This document shows positions 17,526 through 26,591 of a stretch of DNA of 64,000 nucleotides, piece after piece. Position numbers and translations under genes: made by a program. Under the pieces are notes generated by a model. It made no database searches and was not told where the DNA came from. It was given only the letters and a program-made list of their open reading frames with translations. Origin of the DNA: Smithellaceae bacterium (lineage in GTDB: Bacteria; Desulfobacterota; Syntrophia; Syntrophales; Smithellaceae); contig CAXXVL010000002.1 of the NCBI GenBank assembly GCA_963667845.2, positions 1,216,001 through 1,280,000 of the forward strand, written 5' to 3'. Positions within the stretch are counted from its first letter, which is position 1, and each line of letters starts with the position of its first letter.

Positions 17526-18875
17526 TCACTTTCTCAGATAAAATTTTCCGGTCAAATGATCGGCTGTTGGATTTAAAGACGGGCTCTGGTTCACGTTCAG
17601 CCCTTTGGCTTCATCTTCCACAAGAGGTTTCATATACAGGTAAATCTCGGAGAGATTCCTGCGGCCATCTTTGATGGCTTTAAGAAAATAATAAGTAAAG
17701 ACGCCGTGGCCTTTGTCGGGTGAGGAAGTTGAAATCTGGTTGGCTTGCGCGGCCGTGAGAGAGGCAAGATGAGGATACGGCAAAGAAGTTGGTTCGGTCA
17801 TGATGACAAGAGGTCTCGCCCCCTTGGCCAGAACGCTCCTGCCGCCCGCGCCGGAAAAACAGGCGTCAATAACGATCACGACTTCCTTCGCCCTCAGCCC
17901 TCCCAGGACCGAATACAATTTTTTCAACGGGTAACCCGTTACGGAGAGATAGCTCGGATCTCCGTCATACGGCACCAGATATGATTCTCCGGATGACGGA
18001 TCAGGAGCGCCGTGTCCCGAATAATACACAAATACCCGGCCGTCTTCTCTGGCTTTGTTTTTGAGCCACACTTCAAGCGACTTGGCAATGCCTGAAAGCG
18101 TAGCTTTTTCATCCGTGATGAAATCAATATTTCTTTCTTTGATCCCCAATGCTCTGACATATTTCTTGACCAGCTGAGCGTCGTCGAAGGAATAATCGGA
18201 TTTCGGCAGGCTGCTGTAACCTTCAATACCGATGATGACGGCGAGGTCGTTGTCGCCCATGATGGTTTCGGCAGGGCTGAAAGCGGGATGATCGATGTCG
18301 GAGGTCACCGCTGCGGGTTCTTTTATGTTCTTTTTCTTTTCCTTTACGGCACCTTCAACGGCTTCCTGAACAATGCTTTTCAGATCTTCCCGGGACAAAG
18401 AGGACGACGGCGCGGTTTCCTCTTTCGGGATTAACTTCTGAATCAGTTTGATGGCCGCTTTCGCCTTGTAGGCGTCCGAATATTGGGGCGGGTAGGCTTC
18501 CAGGCTGGCAATGGCCTGGTCCGTGTTTGCTCCTCCGTCTATGAGCGCTTTGACGGTTTCCTTATGACCCATAAAAGCCGCCTGTACCAGAGGCGTGTAG
18601 CCGACGAAATTATCGGGTATGTCCGCGCGGGCTCCCCTTTGCAGCAGCAATTTCACGGCTTGGGTCTGTCCGGCACCTGCGGCGGAGTACAAAGCAGTAT
18701 ACCCGTTGCTGTCGCGCGTATTGATATCGTAACCCTGCTCGAGCAGCATCCGGATCTGGTTTCCGTCACCGCGCCGGGCGGCCTGGTGAAGCGGATATTC
18801 CCGGCACAAGGCTTCGGATGACAAAAGAAGCAGCATCAGTATCGGAATCCATAATTTGAAAGAATAGATTCTCAT
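17526..18875 (-). CDS. Exported ankyrin-repeat + caspase-like (peptidase C14) protein
   Basis: Hydrophobic signal peptide, about three ankyrin repeats (PLHQAA, GYTALYSAA, GYTPLVQAA), catalytic YSGHG and IDACFSG, HGVFTYYFL. Confidence 0.88.
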   Translation of the reverse strand: MRIYSFKLWIPILMLLLLSSEALCREYPLHQAARRGDGNQIRMLLEQGYDINTRDSNGYTALYSAAGAGQTQAVKLLLQRGARADIPDNFVGYTPLVQAAFMGHKETVKALIDGGANTDQAIASLEAYPPQYSDAYKAKAAIKLIQKLIPKEETAPSSSLSREDLKSIVQEAVEGAVKEKKKNIKEPAAVTSDIDHPAFSPAETIMGDNDLAVIIGIEGYSSLPKSDYSFDDAQLVKKYVRALGIKERNIDFITDEKATLSGIAKSLEVWLKNKAREDGRVFVYYSGHGAPDPSSGESYLVPYDGDPSYLSVTGYPLKKLYSVLGGLRAKEVVIVIDACFSGAGGRSVLAKGARPLVIMTEPTSLPYPHLASLTAAQANQISTSSPDKGHGVFTYYFLKAIKDGRRNLSEIYLYMKPLVEDEAKGLNVNQSPSLNPTADHLTGKFYLRK

Positions 18876-18917
18876 ATCAAGTCAATCCGTTTTAAAACGA
18901 ATTCCGTTCGCGAGTCC

Positions 18918-20306
18918 TTACCATCGTTCCAGAATTTCCTTCGTCAATTCCGAGCGGATCGCCTGATCCAGATACACGCTTCCGAATAGGCGGCTGCCGC
19001 TCATTTTCGCATTGAGGACAGAAAGTCCGTTGGAGCGCTCGTCGAGCCAGGGGACGTCGATCTGATCGTAGGAGAAGTCGCCGGTAAAAACCATCTTCGT
19101 GCCTTCGCCGCCGCGCGTTGCGATGGCTTTGACATGCGACGGGGGGAGGTTCTGGATCTCGTCGACAATCACAAAGCACTTTTGGATGGAACGTCCCCGG
19201 ATCTTATCCAGATCCATCATCTCAATCTTTCCGTTGGCCAGCCATTCGTTGATCTTCTCCTTCATTTTCTCATCGACGAGTCCCTTGATGGCATTGATGT
19301 TGTCATAGATCGGGTGCATCCAGGGTTTCATTTTCGCGTCGATGTCGCCCGGCGAATAGCCCAGGCGGTCTTTGTTGCCCAACTGGATTGTTGCGCGGCT
19401 GACGAGGATCTGTCGGTAGTGGGAGGCCTGTTCAAAAGCGGCCAGAAGCGCCAGAAAGGTCTTGGCGGTTCCCGCCTTGCCGGTCAGTGCGACCAGCGGG
19501 ATAGACGCGTCCCGGAGGACGTCCATGGCGATGAACTGAGCCCAGTTGACGTCCCCGTTGTTCGACCTCGGCCTCACGCCCAGGAGGTGAATATCTTTTT
19601 CAATAATACGAAAATGATCTCCCTTGCGCACGGCGGCGAACGCCGGTCCCCACGCACCGCCGACATCGCAATAACAGACGATTCCTTCATTCGGCCGAAT
19701 CTGGTTCAATTGTGTCGTAAGCTTGGCCTCGGGAAGTTTGACGGGGAATGCCTTGTCGGAAATCCAGTGACGCTGAAGATTAATGGTTGTCCGGGAGGTA
19801 TGTTGCTGCTTGACGTCCGTTTGATCCATTTTAACCGACTGGACGTCGATGCCGAAGTTCAGCGCCAGTGTTTCGAGCGCCGCGTCCTGCGTGACAAGAA
19901 TAATTTTTTTATTGCGCAGCTTCTTTTTTGCATTGAGCGCCGTGGCGATGATGCAATGGTCGTTCTTGTCGCACTTGAGATCGGCGTCCTTCACCAGTTT
20001 GAAATCATAATGAAAGAAGCGAACGGAGTGATCTTTCATCCGAAACAAATTGCGGACGTTGCGGATGACGGTGCGCGCAATGTCCGCCTTGAAGTCGTTG
20101 CCGGTTTTGTGACTATCCAGTTCCTCCCAGGTTGCGTAAGGGATCAGGACGCAGTTGCGTCCGCCCTGACGGAGTTTTTCAAATACATCCATGCCGTATT
20201 CCAGAGCGCTGGTATCCACTACAAAATATTTCTCCGGAACTTTTCCCGACGCGCGAGCGGTCTGCTCCCCGCTCGCTTGTGTTTTGCCCTTTTTCGCATT
20301 CGTCAT
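18918..20306 (-). CDS. PIN + PhoH ATPase fusion (PhoH2/YlaK/YbeZ-like)
   Basis: PIN motifs VVDTS, EELD, KNDHCI, VTQD. PhoH motifs GKAGTAKT, LGYSPG, IRGRS, IVDEIQN, TRGGEGTKMVFTGD, QID, RS. Confidence 0.88.
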   Translation of the reverse strand: MTNAKKGKTQASGEQTARASGKVPEKYFVVDTSALEYGMDVFEKLRQGGRNCVLIPYATWEELDSHKTGNDFKADIARTVIRNVRNLFRMKDHSVRFFHYDFKLVKDADLKCDKNDHCIIATALNAKKKLRNKKIILVTQDAALETLALNFGIDVQSVKMDQTDVKQQHTSRTTINLQRHWISDKAFPVKLPEAKLTTQLNQIRPNEGIVCYCDVGGAWGPAFAAVRKGDHFRIIEKDIHLLGVRPRSNNGDVNWAQFIAMDVLRDASIPLVALTGKAGTAKTFLALLAAFEQASHYRQILVSRATIQLGNKDRLGYSPGDIDAKMKPWMHPIYDNINAIKGLVDEKMKEKINEWLANGKIEMMDLDKIRGRSIQKCFVIVDEIQNLPPSHVKAIATRGGEGTKMVFTGDFSYDQIDVPWLDERSNGLSVLNAKMSGSRLFGSVYLDQAIRSELTKEILERW

Positions 20307-20682
20307 GAAGTCGCTCCTCGGCTGATGGGTTGTGATTTTATGATGTATGGAATTTCTGCGGCTGCACCTCCTGTGTTTCAGACGATGTGTTTTTCTTTCA
20401 GTTCTATTTTAACAGATTTGAAACATCCAACAAGCGGAAAGTTTGAAGGCACGAAAAATCAAAAGGCGCAGAGGAGGGGCAGGGATCGGGGCGGACAAAG
20501 TGATTCCACAGGACAAGATTTAAGAAGAAGGGGCCGGGCGTCAACCGGACAATTGCTTGGGCGCTGCACTTCTGTTATCTGTCCGCGTTATAAATCCGAG
20601 GCGGCGATCGACACATGATGATGTGCGCGACCGCTTCCTGATTCAGCAGATCAATCAAACGTGCGGAGCCAAATCTTCCCGG

Positions 20683-21480
20683 CTAGCGTCCGCCATATTT
20701 TAACTTTAGTTCCGCTAAACGCTTCATCTCCGGTTCGCTTAATTCGCGCGCTGCAAACAGCGCATTGCCGTCCGGACCGTCGATGCGGACGACGGATATT
20801 TTGAGCCCCGGTTTCCGGGGGATCTTCATATTTTCCCAGTCGAAAAATGCGTCCGGGGAAAGATACCAGTGAGACATCTGTCCCGGCTGCAATCCACCGT
20901 GAATATCGTATTGCAATTTCTTTCGATCCGACGGGGCCGCCTCCGCACCGCTCAGACTGCATTCCAGGTAAACACTGTAAACCGTGTAATGGGTCTCGTT
21001 TTTGACTTTCATTTCGATCACCGGTTTTTCGCCCAGCATTTCATCCCTCCGGATATAGAAACGCGAAGACAGTATGCGAAAGTGCGCCAGCTGGTCGCCG
21101 GCATCAAGAAACGATTTATATTTGGCTTCAAGCGCTGCGAGTTCCTGCCTTTCCAGGTTCATCTCCTGTTTTTCGCGCTCACCCTTGACCCGAGCCGCTT
21201 CTGCGATAATTTGCTCCGCATTCTTGCCGTCCAGGCTCAATCGCACCTCTTCGGTCATTTCAGCCGATTCGGCTGCCGGATCATTGGTCCGCAGGCTGCC
21301 TTGCAGTATCGTCCGGATCGCCCTCTCGAATTCCGGTCTCCGGCTTTCCGGGAGAGCATACTTTAATCGGCTGATCGATTCCTTTGTTGTTTCCGGGGAA
21401 GAAGCATTAAATTTGGAATCACTGCTGCACGCGGCAAGCAGTGCAGCGGTTAGAATAAATACCATCATCTTTTTTTTCAT
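20683..21480 (-). CDS. Lipoprotein (DUF6694-like)
   Basis: MKKK + hydrophobic stretch + lipobox LLAAC, then LDGKNAEQIIAEA and a coiled-coil segment. Confidence 0.6.
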   Translation of the reverse strand: MKKKMMVFILTAALLAACSSDSKFNASSPETTKESISRLKYALPESRRPEFERAIRTILQGSLRTNDPAAESAEMTEEVRLSLDGKNAEQIIAEAARVKGEREKQEMNLERQELAALEAKYKSFLDAGDQLAHFRILSSRFYIRRDEMLGEKPVIEMKVKNETHYTVYSVYLECSLSGAEAAPSDRKKLQYDIHGGLQPGQMSHWYLSPDAFFDWENMKIPRKPGLKISVVRIDGPDGNALFAARELSEPEMKRLAELKLKYGGR

Positions 21481-21664
21481 GCTGCGACCTCCACGAAATG
21501 AAGCCGGTTATTATCTTCCTTCAACCAGAACCCGTGTGTATGCGTCAACGCCCGAATTACTCCGCATCAATGCATGCATCAAGCTGATAAAGTTTCGCTG
21601 CATGTGTATTTGGCAACGAAGTCCGGTCAAAAGACAGATCCCCGGGATGCCTCATGTTATTCTG

Positions 21665-22120
21665 TCAATAAATTCCCATCGCACAGCCGCCCGCGAGCGT
21701 GCCGCCGAGCTCGCGGCATTGGTCCAGAATTTCTCCCGTTATTCCCCCCTTGGCGATAACCGGAGTGAAAACCGTTTTAAATTTGTAGCCCAGGGCGATG
21801 CGTTCAACGGCCCGGAGCGCACCCGTCCCATCGTTGCCTGCGCTGATGAAGACCACAAAAGGCTTGCGAAAGACCTTCTCCTGTGCCGCGCCGTACGTGC
21901 GATCGAAAAAATCCTTGACCATGCCGGACATGTAACCGAAGTTTTCCGGCGTGCCGATCGCCAGACCGTCGCACAAAAGCAGATCAGCAAGTGTTGCGTC
22001 TGCGGCTTTCTTTAAAATGACTTCGACCCCGTCAATGGCTTTCGCGCCTTCGCGGACGGCTTCAGCCATCTGTTTTGTGTGCCCGGTTTGGGAATGATAA
22101 ACGATGAGTATTTTAATCAT
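21665..22120 (-). CDS. Flavodoxin/WrbA-like NAD(P)H-dependent oxidoreductase
   Basis: YHSQTGHT FMN loop, GTPENFGYMSG..KDFFDR, SAGNDG. Confidence 0.85.
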   Translation of the reverse strand: MIKILIVYHSQTGHTKQMAEAVREGAKAIDGVEVILKKAADATLADLLLCDGLAIGTPENFGYMSGMVKDFFDRTYGAAQEKVFRKPFVVFISAGNDGTGALRAVERIALGYKFKTVFTPVIAKGGITGEILDQCRELGGTLAGGCAMGIY

Positions 22121-22124
22121 AAAA

Positions 22125-22160
22125 AGCAGGCTGTAGCCTTTTTAGCCTGTAGGCTGTTAG
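22125..22160 (+). repeat. AGGCTGT-family short tandem repeat tract
   Basis: AGCAGGCTGT AGCCTTTTT AGCCTGT AGGCTGTTAG. Confidence 0.65.
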
Positions 22161-22168
22161 AAAATAAT

Positions 22169-22211
22169 GCAGGGAACGGTCGTATGACAGGTTATTGAAA
22201 CCGTTCCCTGC
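22169..22211. terminator. Stem-loop downstream of tpiA
   Basis: GCAGGGAACGGT / ACCGTTCCCTGC 12-bp stem. Confidence 0.55.
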
Positions 22212-22290
22212 TGGATCAAGATTGTTACCCCCTTGTCCTGGGGGGCGCGGCACAGGCTGAGAGCCTGTTCGCAATGACAATATTGTTCTT

Positions 22291-23043
22291 TTATGGCATT
22301 TTAGCAATAATGCCCAGGAAGCCCTCGGCTTTTAATGATGCTCCGCCGACCAGCGCGCCGTCAATGTCCTCGATGGCAATCAATTCGGCAATATTATCTT
22401 TTGTAACACTGCCGCCGTAAAGAATACGGACATCCGCGCCCGCGCATCCGTAAATTTCGACAAGCAGACGGCGAATGAAATCGTGAACATCATCGGCCTG
22501 CTCAGGCGTTGCCACCTTGCCCGTTCCGATCGCCCAGACCGGTTCATAAGCAACGACCAGCCGATCCATCTGATCGACGCCGACGCCATCCAGTGCTTTG
22601 CGTACCTGGCGGCTTACCACCGCTTCGGTAACGCCGGTGTTTCTTTCACCGTCCGTCTCGCCGACGCAGACGATCGGCTTCAAACCGGTGACCAGCGCTT
22701 TCCTGACTTTCAGATTAACCTGTTCATCGCTTTCATTAAAATACTTCCGGCGTTCGGAGTGTCCGACAAGCACATAAGCGCATCCGGCGTCCTTGAGCAT
22801 CAGAGGAGAGACCTCGCCGGTGAAGGCGCCCTTGTCTTCATGATACATATTTTGGGCGGCCAGCATTACTTTGGTCCCCTTGAGAGTCTCTCCGACGCTT
22901 TGCAGCGCGGTAAATGGCGGAGCCACGACGACTTCGCCGTTTTTCACGGCGGTCGTTGCATCTTTAATCGCCTGGGCCAGGCTAACGGATTCGGCAATTG
23001 TGTTGTGCATTTTCCAGTTGCCGGCGACGATCCAATTTCTCAT
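22291..23043 (-). CDS. tpiA: Triosephosphate isomerase
   Basis: AGNWKMH, GHSERR, AYEPVWAIGTG, YGGSV, LVGGASL. Confidence 0.98.
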   Translation of the reverse strand: MRNWIVAGNWKMHNTIAESVSLAQAIKDATTAVKNGEVVVAPPFTALQSVGETLKGTKVMLAAQNMYHEDKGAFTGEVSPLMLKDAGCAYVLVGHSERRKYFNESDEQVNLKVRKALVTGLKPIVCVGETDGERNTGVTEAVVSRQVRKALDGVGVDQMDRLVVAYEPVWAIGTGKVATPEQADDVHDFIRRLLVEIYGCAGADVRILYGGSVTKDNIAELIAIEDIDGALVGGASLKAEGFLGIIAKMP

Positions 23044-23058
23044 GATGTTTCCCCCGAC

Positions 23059-24234
23059 CTAACCCAGTGCGGCCACTGCCGGCAGCGTCTTGCCTTCCAG
23101 CAGTTCCAGAAAAGCGCCGCCGCCTGTGGAGATGTAAGAAATCTTATCGCTGAGGCCGGTCTTGTGTATGGCGGTATCGGTATCACCGCCGCCGACGATC
23201 GTGAGCGCGCCCGAAGCAACGGCCGCATCCACCAGCCGGAAAGTGCCGGCCGAAAAAGGCGCCAGCTCAAACATACCCAGCGGGCCGTTCCAGACAATCG
23301 TTTTGGCACTCTTCACTGCAGCGGAAAACGCTGCAATACTTGCCGGGCCGATATCAAGTCCCATCCATTCATCGGGAATATCTTTGATGTCAACCACTTT
23401 AATTTCTGCATCTGCTGCCGGCGCTTTCGCGATGACGGCATCGACCGGCAGGAGAAACTGCACATTCTTGGCTTTGGCTTTGTCCATGATCTTCCGGGCC
23501 AGCTCCAGCATTTCCGTTTCGCACAGCGACTTCCCGACGTTAAAACCCTGAGCTTTTAAAAACGTGAAGGCCATACCGCCGCCCACGACCAGACGGTCCA
23601 CATTATCAATAACATTTTCCAAAACCTTGATCTTGTCGGACACTTTGGCTCCGCCGATAATGGCGACGAGCGGCCTTGCGGGATTCTTCATGGCCTTGTT
23701 GAAATATTCAATTTCATTTTTTAACAGGAAGCCCGCGGCGCACACGGGGACAAACTTGGTAATGGCGGTATTCGATGCCGCCGCGCGATGCGATACGGCA
23801 AATGCGTCATTGATATAGACGTCACAAAGTTTGGCGAGTTCCTGTGCGAAGGCGTCATCGTTTTTGTCCTCGCCCGGATGAAAGCGGAGGTTTTCCAGGA
23901 GAATCACATCGCCCGCTTTCATCGCCCCAACGGCCTCAAGGGCTTTGTCGCCGATGCAGTCATCGATGAAGGGGACGTCCTTTTTCAACAGTGAGGCCAG
24001 AATCGGGGCAACCGGCCTCAGTGAGAATTCGGGAACCGGTTTGCCTTTAGGCCTGCCGAGATGGGACGCAACGATCACACGAGCTCCCTTTTCCCGGATA
24101 TAATTAATCGTGGCCAGGCTGGCCTTCACCCGCGTGTCATCCGTGACCTTGCCCGACTTATCCATCGGTACGTTGAAATCCACCCGCACCAACACCTTCT
24201 TTCCGCTCACATCAATTTGATCCAAGTACTTCAT
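23059..24234 (-). CDS. pgk: Phosphoglycerate kinase
   Basis: RVDFNVP, SHLGRP, LENLRF, GGAKVSDK, GGGDT, STGGGA. Confidence 0.98.
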   Translation of the reverse strand: MKYLDQIDVSGKKVLVRVDFNVPMDKSGKVTDDTRVKASLATINYIREKGARVIVASHLGRPKGKPVPEFSLRPVAPILASLLKKDVPFIDDCIGDKALEAVGAMKAGDVILLENLRFHPGEDKNDDAFAQELAKLCDVYINDAFAVSHRAAASNTAITKFVPVCAAGFLLKNEIEYFNKAMKNPARPLVAIIGGAKVSDKIKVLENVIDNVDRLVVGGGMAFTFLKAQGFNVGKSLCETEMLELARKIMDKAKAKNVQFLLPVDAVIAKAPAADAEIKVVDIKDIPDEWMGLDIGPASIAAFSAAVKSAKTIVWNGPLGMFELAPFSAGTFRLVDAAVASGALTIVGGGDTDTAIHKTGLSDKISYISTGGGAFLELLEGKTLPAVAALG

Positions 24235-24260
24235 GCCTGTAACCTCTCGTTAGGTATTTT

Positions 24261-25259
24261 TTATTTCATGATGAACAACAGGAGTTCCAGCATACGGTTG
24301 GAAAAACCCCATTCGTTGTCGTACCATGAAAGTATTTTCACCATTTTGCCGCCGATGACGATTGTGTTGGGCAAATCCACGATCGACGAATGGGGATTGC
24401 CGTTGAAATCTTTGGAGACCAGCTCTTCCTCTGAGCACATTAAAATGCCCTTGAGCGACTTTTGCGAATATTCCTTGAGTTTATTATTGACTTCCTGCTT
24501 GCTCGTTTCGCGCGAAAGCGTTGCCACAAAATCGACCAGGGACACATTGGGCGTGGGCACGCGGATGGCCAGACCGTCGAGTTTGCCTTTCATCTCGGGA
24601 ATCACTTCGGCAATGGCCCGGGCGGCGCCCGTTGTGGTCGGAATCATGGAAAGAGCCGCAGCGCGCGCCCGGCGCAAATCCTTATGCGCTTCGTCGATCA
24701 CCACCTGATCATTGGTATAGGAATGAATTGTCGTCATCAAACCGTATTCCACGCCGAATTCCTCATGAAGGATTTTGACGATCGGCGCCAGACAGTTGGT
24801 GGTGCAGGACCCCATGGAAATGATGTGGTGCTTGCTTTTGTCGTAATCTTCGGCGTTGACACCGAAAACAAAGATGACGTCCGGTGATTTGGCGGGCGCC
24901 GAGACAACGACTTTTTTTGCGCCGGCCTGGAGGTGTTTTTCCGCGCCGGCACGATCCGTGAACCGGCCTGTGCTCTCCAGAACGACATCGATGCCCAGGT
25001 CTCTCCAGGGCAGGGTTTCCGGGTCGCGTACCGCAAAAGCCTTGATCTCTTTTCCATCGACCAGAATCGCATTGGGTGCGGATTTTACATCCGCATCGAG
25101 CGTGCCGTGAATGGAGTCGTATTTGAGCAGATGAGCCATTGTTTTAGCGTCGGCGAGGTCATTGATGGCAACAAATTCAATATCTTTGTTCTTGTAACCG
25201 GCGCGATAGACCAGTCGGCCGATTCTTCCGAAACCGTTGATGGCTACTCTGACGGGCAT
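24261..25259 (-). CDS. gap: Glyceraldehyde-3-phosphate dehydrogenase (type I)
   Basis: INGFGRIGR, SCTTNCLAP, RVPT, WYDNEWG. Confidence 0.98.
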   Translation of the reverse strand: MPVRVAINGFGRIGRLVYRAGYKNKDIEFVAINDLADAKTMAHLLKYDSIHGTLDADVKSAPNAILVDGKEIKAFAVRDPETLPWRDLGIDVVLESTGRFTDRAGAEKHLQAGAKKVVVSAPAKSPDVIFVFGVNAEDYDKSKHHIISMGSCTTNCLAPIVKILHEEFGVEYGLMTTIHSYTNDQVVIDEAHKDLRRARAAALSMIPTTTGAARAIAEVIPEMKGKLDGLAIRVPTPNVSLVDFVATLSRETSKQEVNNKLKEYSQKSLKGILMCSEEELVSKDFNGNPHSSIVDLPNTIVIGGKMVKILSWYDNEWGFSNRMLELLLFIMK

Positions 25260-25558
25260 AGCTTTCTCCTTTTACCAGATTGCTTTTCGGGGACTGACTT
25301 TATCGGCAGTGTCGTTATCCTTTGGCAAGCAACATGGTATGAATAACGGACAGGAGAAGATTAATCAAAAGGCCGGGGGAAGTCAACCCATTTCTCCCCG
25401 GCTGCAGGCCCCCTTCACAACGGCTCACGGTCTAAGACAGCCGGGAGGCAAAAGGAATTTGTTGTGTTGAAGTAATGCCTTTTATTTGCTACAAATCGGG
25501 CAGGACAGGATTTACCTAAGAGGGCACCACGGGAAAAAATTGTCCCCCCGAAGATACT

Positions 25559-25653
25559 GTGAAAAAAGCAAAGATTATCTGCACGATCGGCCGGATTCCG
25601 CAGCCGAAAACGCCATGCAATCTTTGATGCTGAGAGTAAAAAGACTGAAATAA
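25559..25653 (+). pseudogene. pyk: Pyruvate kinase N-terminal relic (frameshifted, truncated)
   Basis: GTG AAA AAA GCA AAG ATT ATC TGC ACG ATC GGC = MKKAKIICTIG. Restoring one C gives PDSAAENAMQSLML, matching the PK N-terminus K.KIVCTIGPAS. The frame ends at 25653. Confidence 0.7.
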
Positions 25654-25670
25654 AGAAGAGGAAAGGGGTG

Positions 25671-25763
25671 CAAGGATCAAGGACAAAGGATAGAACGGGA
25701 TGTGAAGACTCCCCCTCGAATTCTTGAATAGCGTTTGGCCTTTAACCTTGTCCCTTGATCCTG
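25671..25763. repeat. Inverted pair of heptamer tandem repeats
   Basis: Left arm AAGGATC-AAGGACA-AAGGATA, right arm CCTTTAA-CCTTGTC-CCTTGAT-CCT (reverse complementary). Confidence 0.65.
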
Positions 25764-25786
25764 CGCGAAGCGCATAAGGAGGTTCC

Positions 25787-26356
25787 ATGCAGATTTTAGC
25801 GTTTAACGGTTCACCGCGTCCCAAAGGAAATACATCCGCCATTGTTGCGTCCATGTTGGAAGGGGCGCGGTCGAGCGGTGCGGAAACAGCGGAAATTCGG
25901 CTTCACGACATTAACTTCAAGGGATGTCTGGGCTGTTTGGGCTGCCGTAAAAATCCCGGTTTTTGCAGTGCCAAAGATGAGCTCAGCCCCTACCTGGAGG
26001 CGATTAAGACCTGTACCGGGATGATTATCGGCTGTCCGATTTATATGTATCGCATTTCCGGGCAGATGAAACTTTTTGTAGACCGCATCTATTCGCTTTA
26101 TGCCAATCTCCCTCAAGGCGGCTATAAATCGATGGTGCCGGCGGGTAAAACCTATGCGCTCGTCACCTCTCAGGGCGCCCCCGATCCCGTGCAGTACACA
26201 AAATCCATTAATTATCTCGCCGGAATGACCGGAAGCGGCCTGGGCATGGATGTTGTGGGGAAGATTATTCATACCGAAAGCGCTGAAAAACCCGCGTCGG
26301 GCAACGGGGATCTTCTGGAAAGGGCTTTTGATATCGGCCGTAAAATGGTCCGCTAA
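25787..26356 (+). CDS. Iron-sulfur flavoprotein / NADPH-dependent FMN reductase family
   Basis: NGSPRPKGNT, CLGCLGC-x6-C cluster motif, GCPIY, MKLFVDR. RBS AAGGAGG. Confidence 0.88.
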   Translation: MQILAFNGSPRPKGNTSAIVASMLEGARSSGAETAEIRLHDINFKGCLGCLGCRKNPGFCSAKDELSPYLEAIKTCTGMIIGCPIYMYRISGQMKLFVDRIYSLYANLPQGGYKSMVPAGKTYALVTSQGAPDPVQYTKSINYLAGMTGSGLGMDVVGKIIHTESAEKPASGNGDLLERAFDIGRKMVR

Positions 26357-26591
26357 TGCCAAGTTGCGTAAATTGCCGCCCTGCAGGCAGCAATTACCGG
26401 TAAGGAAATATTTTGTGAGTCAGGCGCTCCCTTGCCCAGATGCGCCTTCCGGTCTTGGTAAACTTTGCTGACCGCGTCGCGTGACCCCTGACGCGGAGGT
26501 CGGCTTCCTCGGCGGATTACAATACGCCTGCGGGGCCTCTTCCTTGCCGAAGCTGATTCCGGGAATGCAATTTGGTATCAATAGAGGTTTT

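Noticed and set aside
19134..20618. 494-aa plus-strand ORF
   Set aside because: Antisense shadow of the PIN-PhoH gene with no recognisable motifs. Typical of GC-rich codon bias.
26481..26591. N-terminal extension of the PFK-2/FBPase-2 ORF, or further pyk remnants in 26357-26591
   Set aside because: A better RBS and the domain start are at 26592. I saw no PK-like residues in the frames examined.
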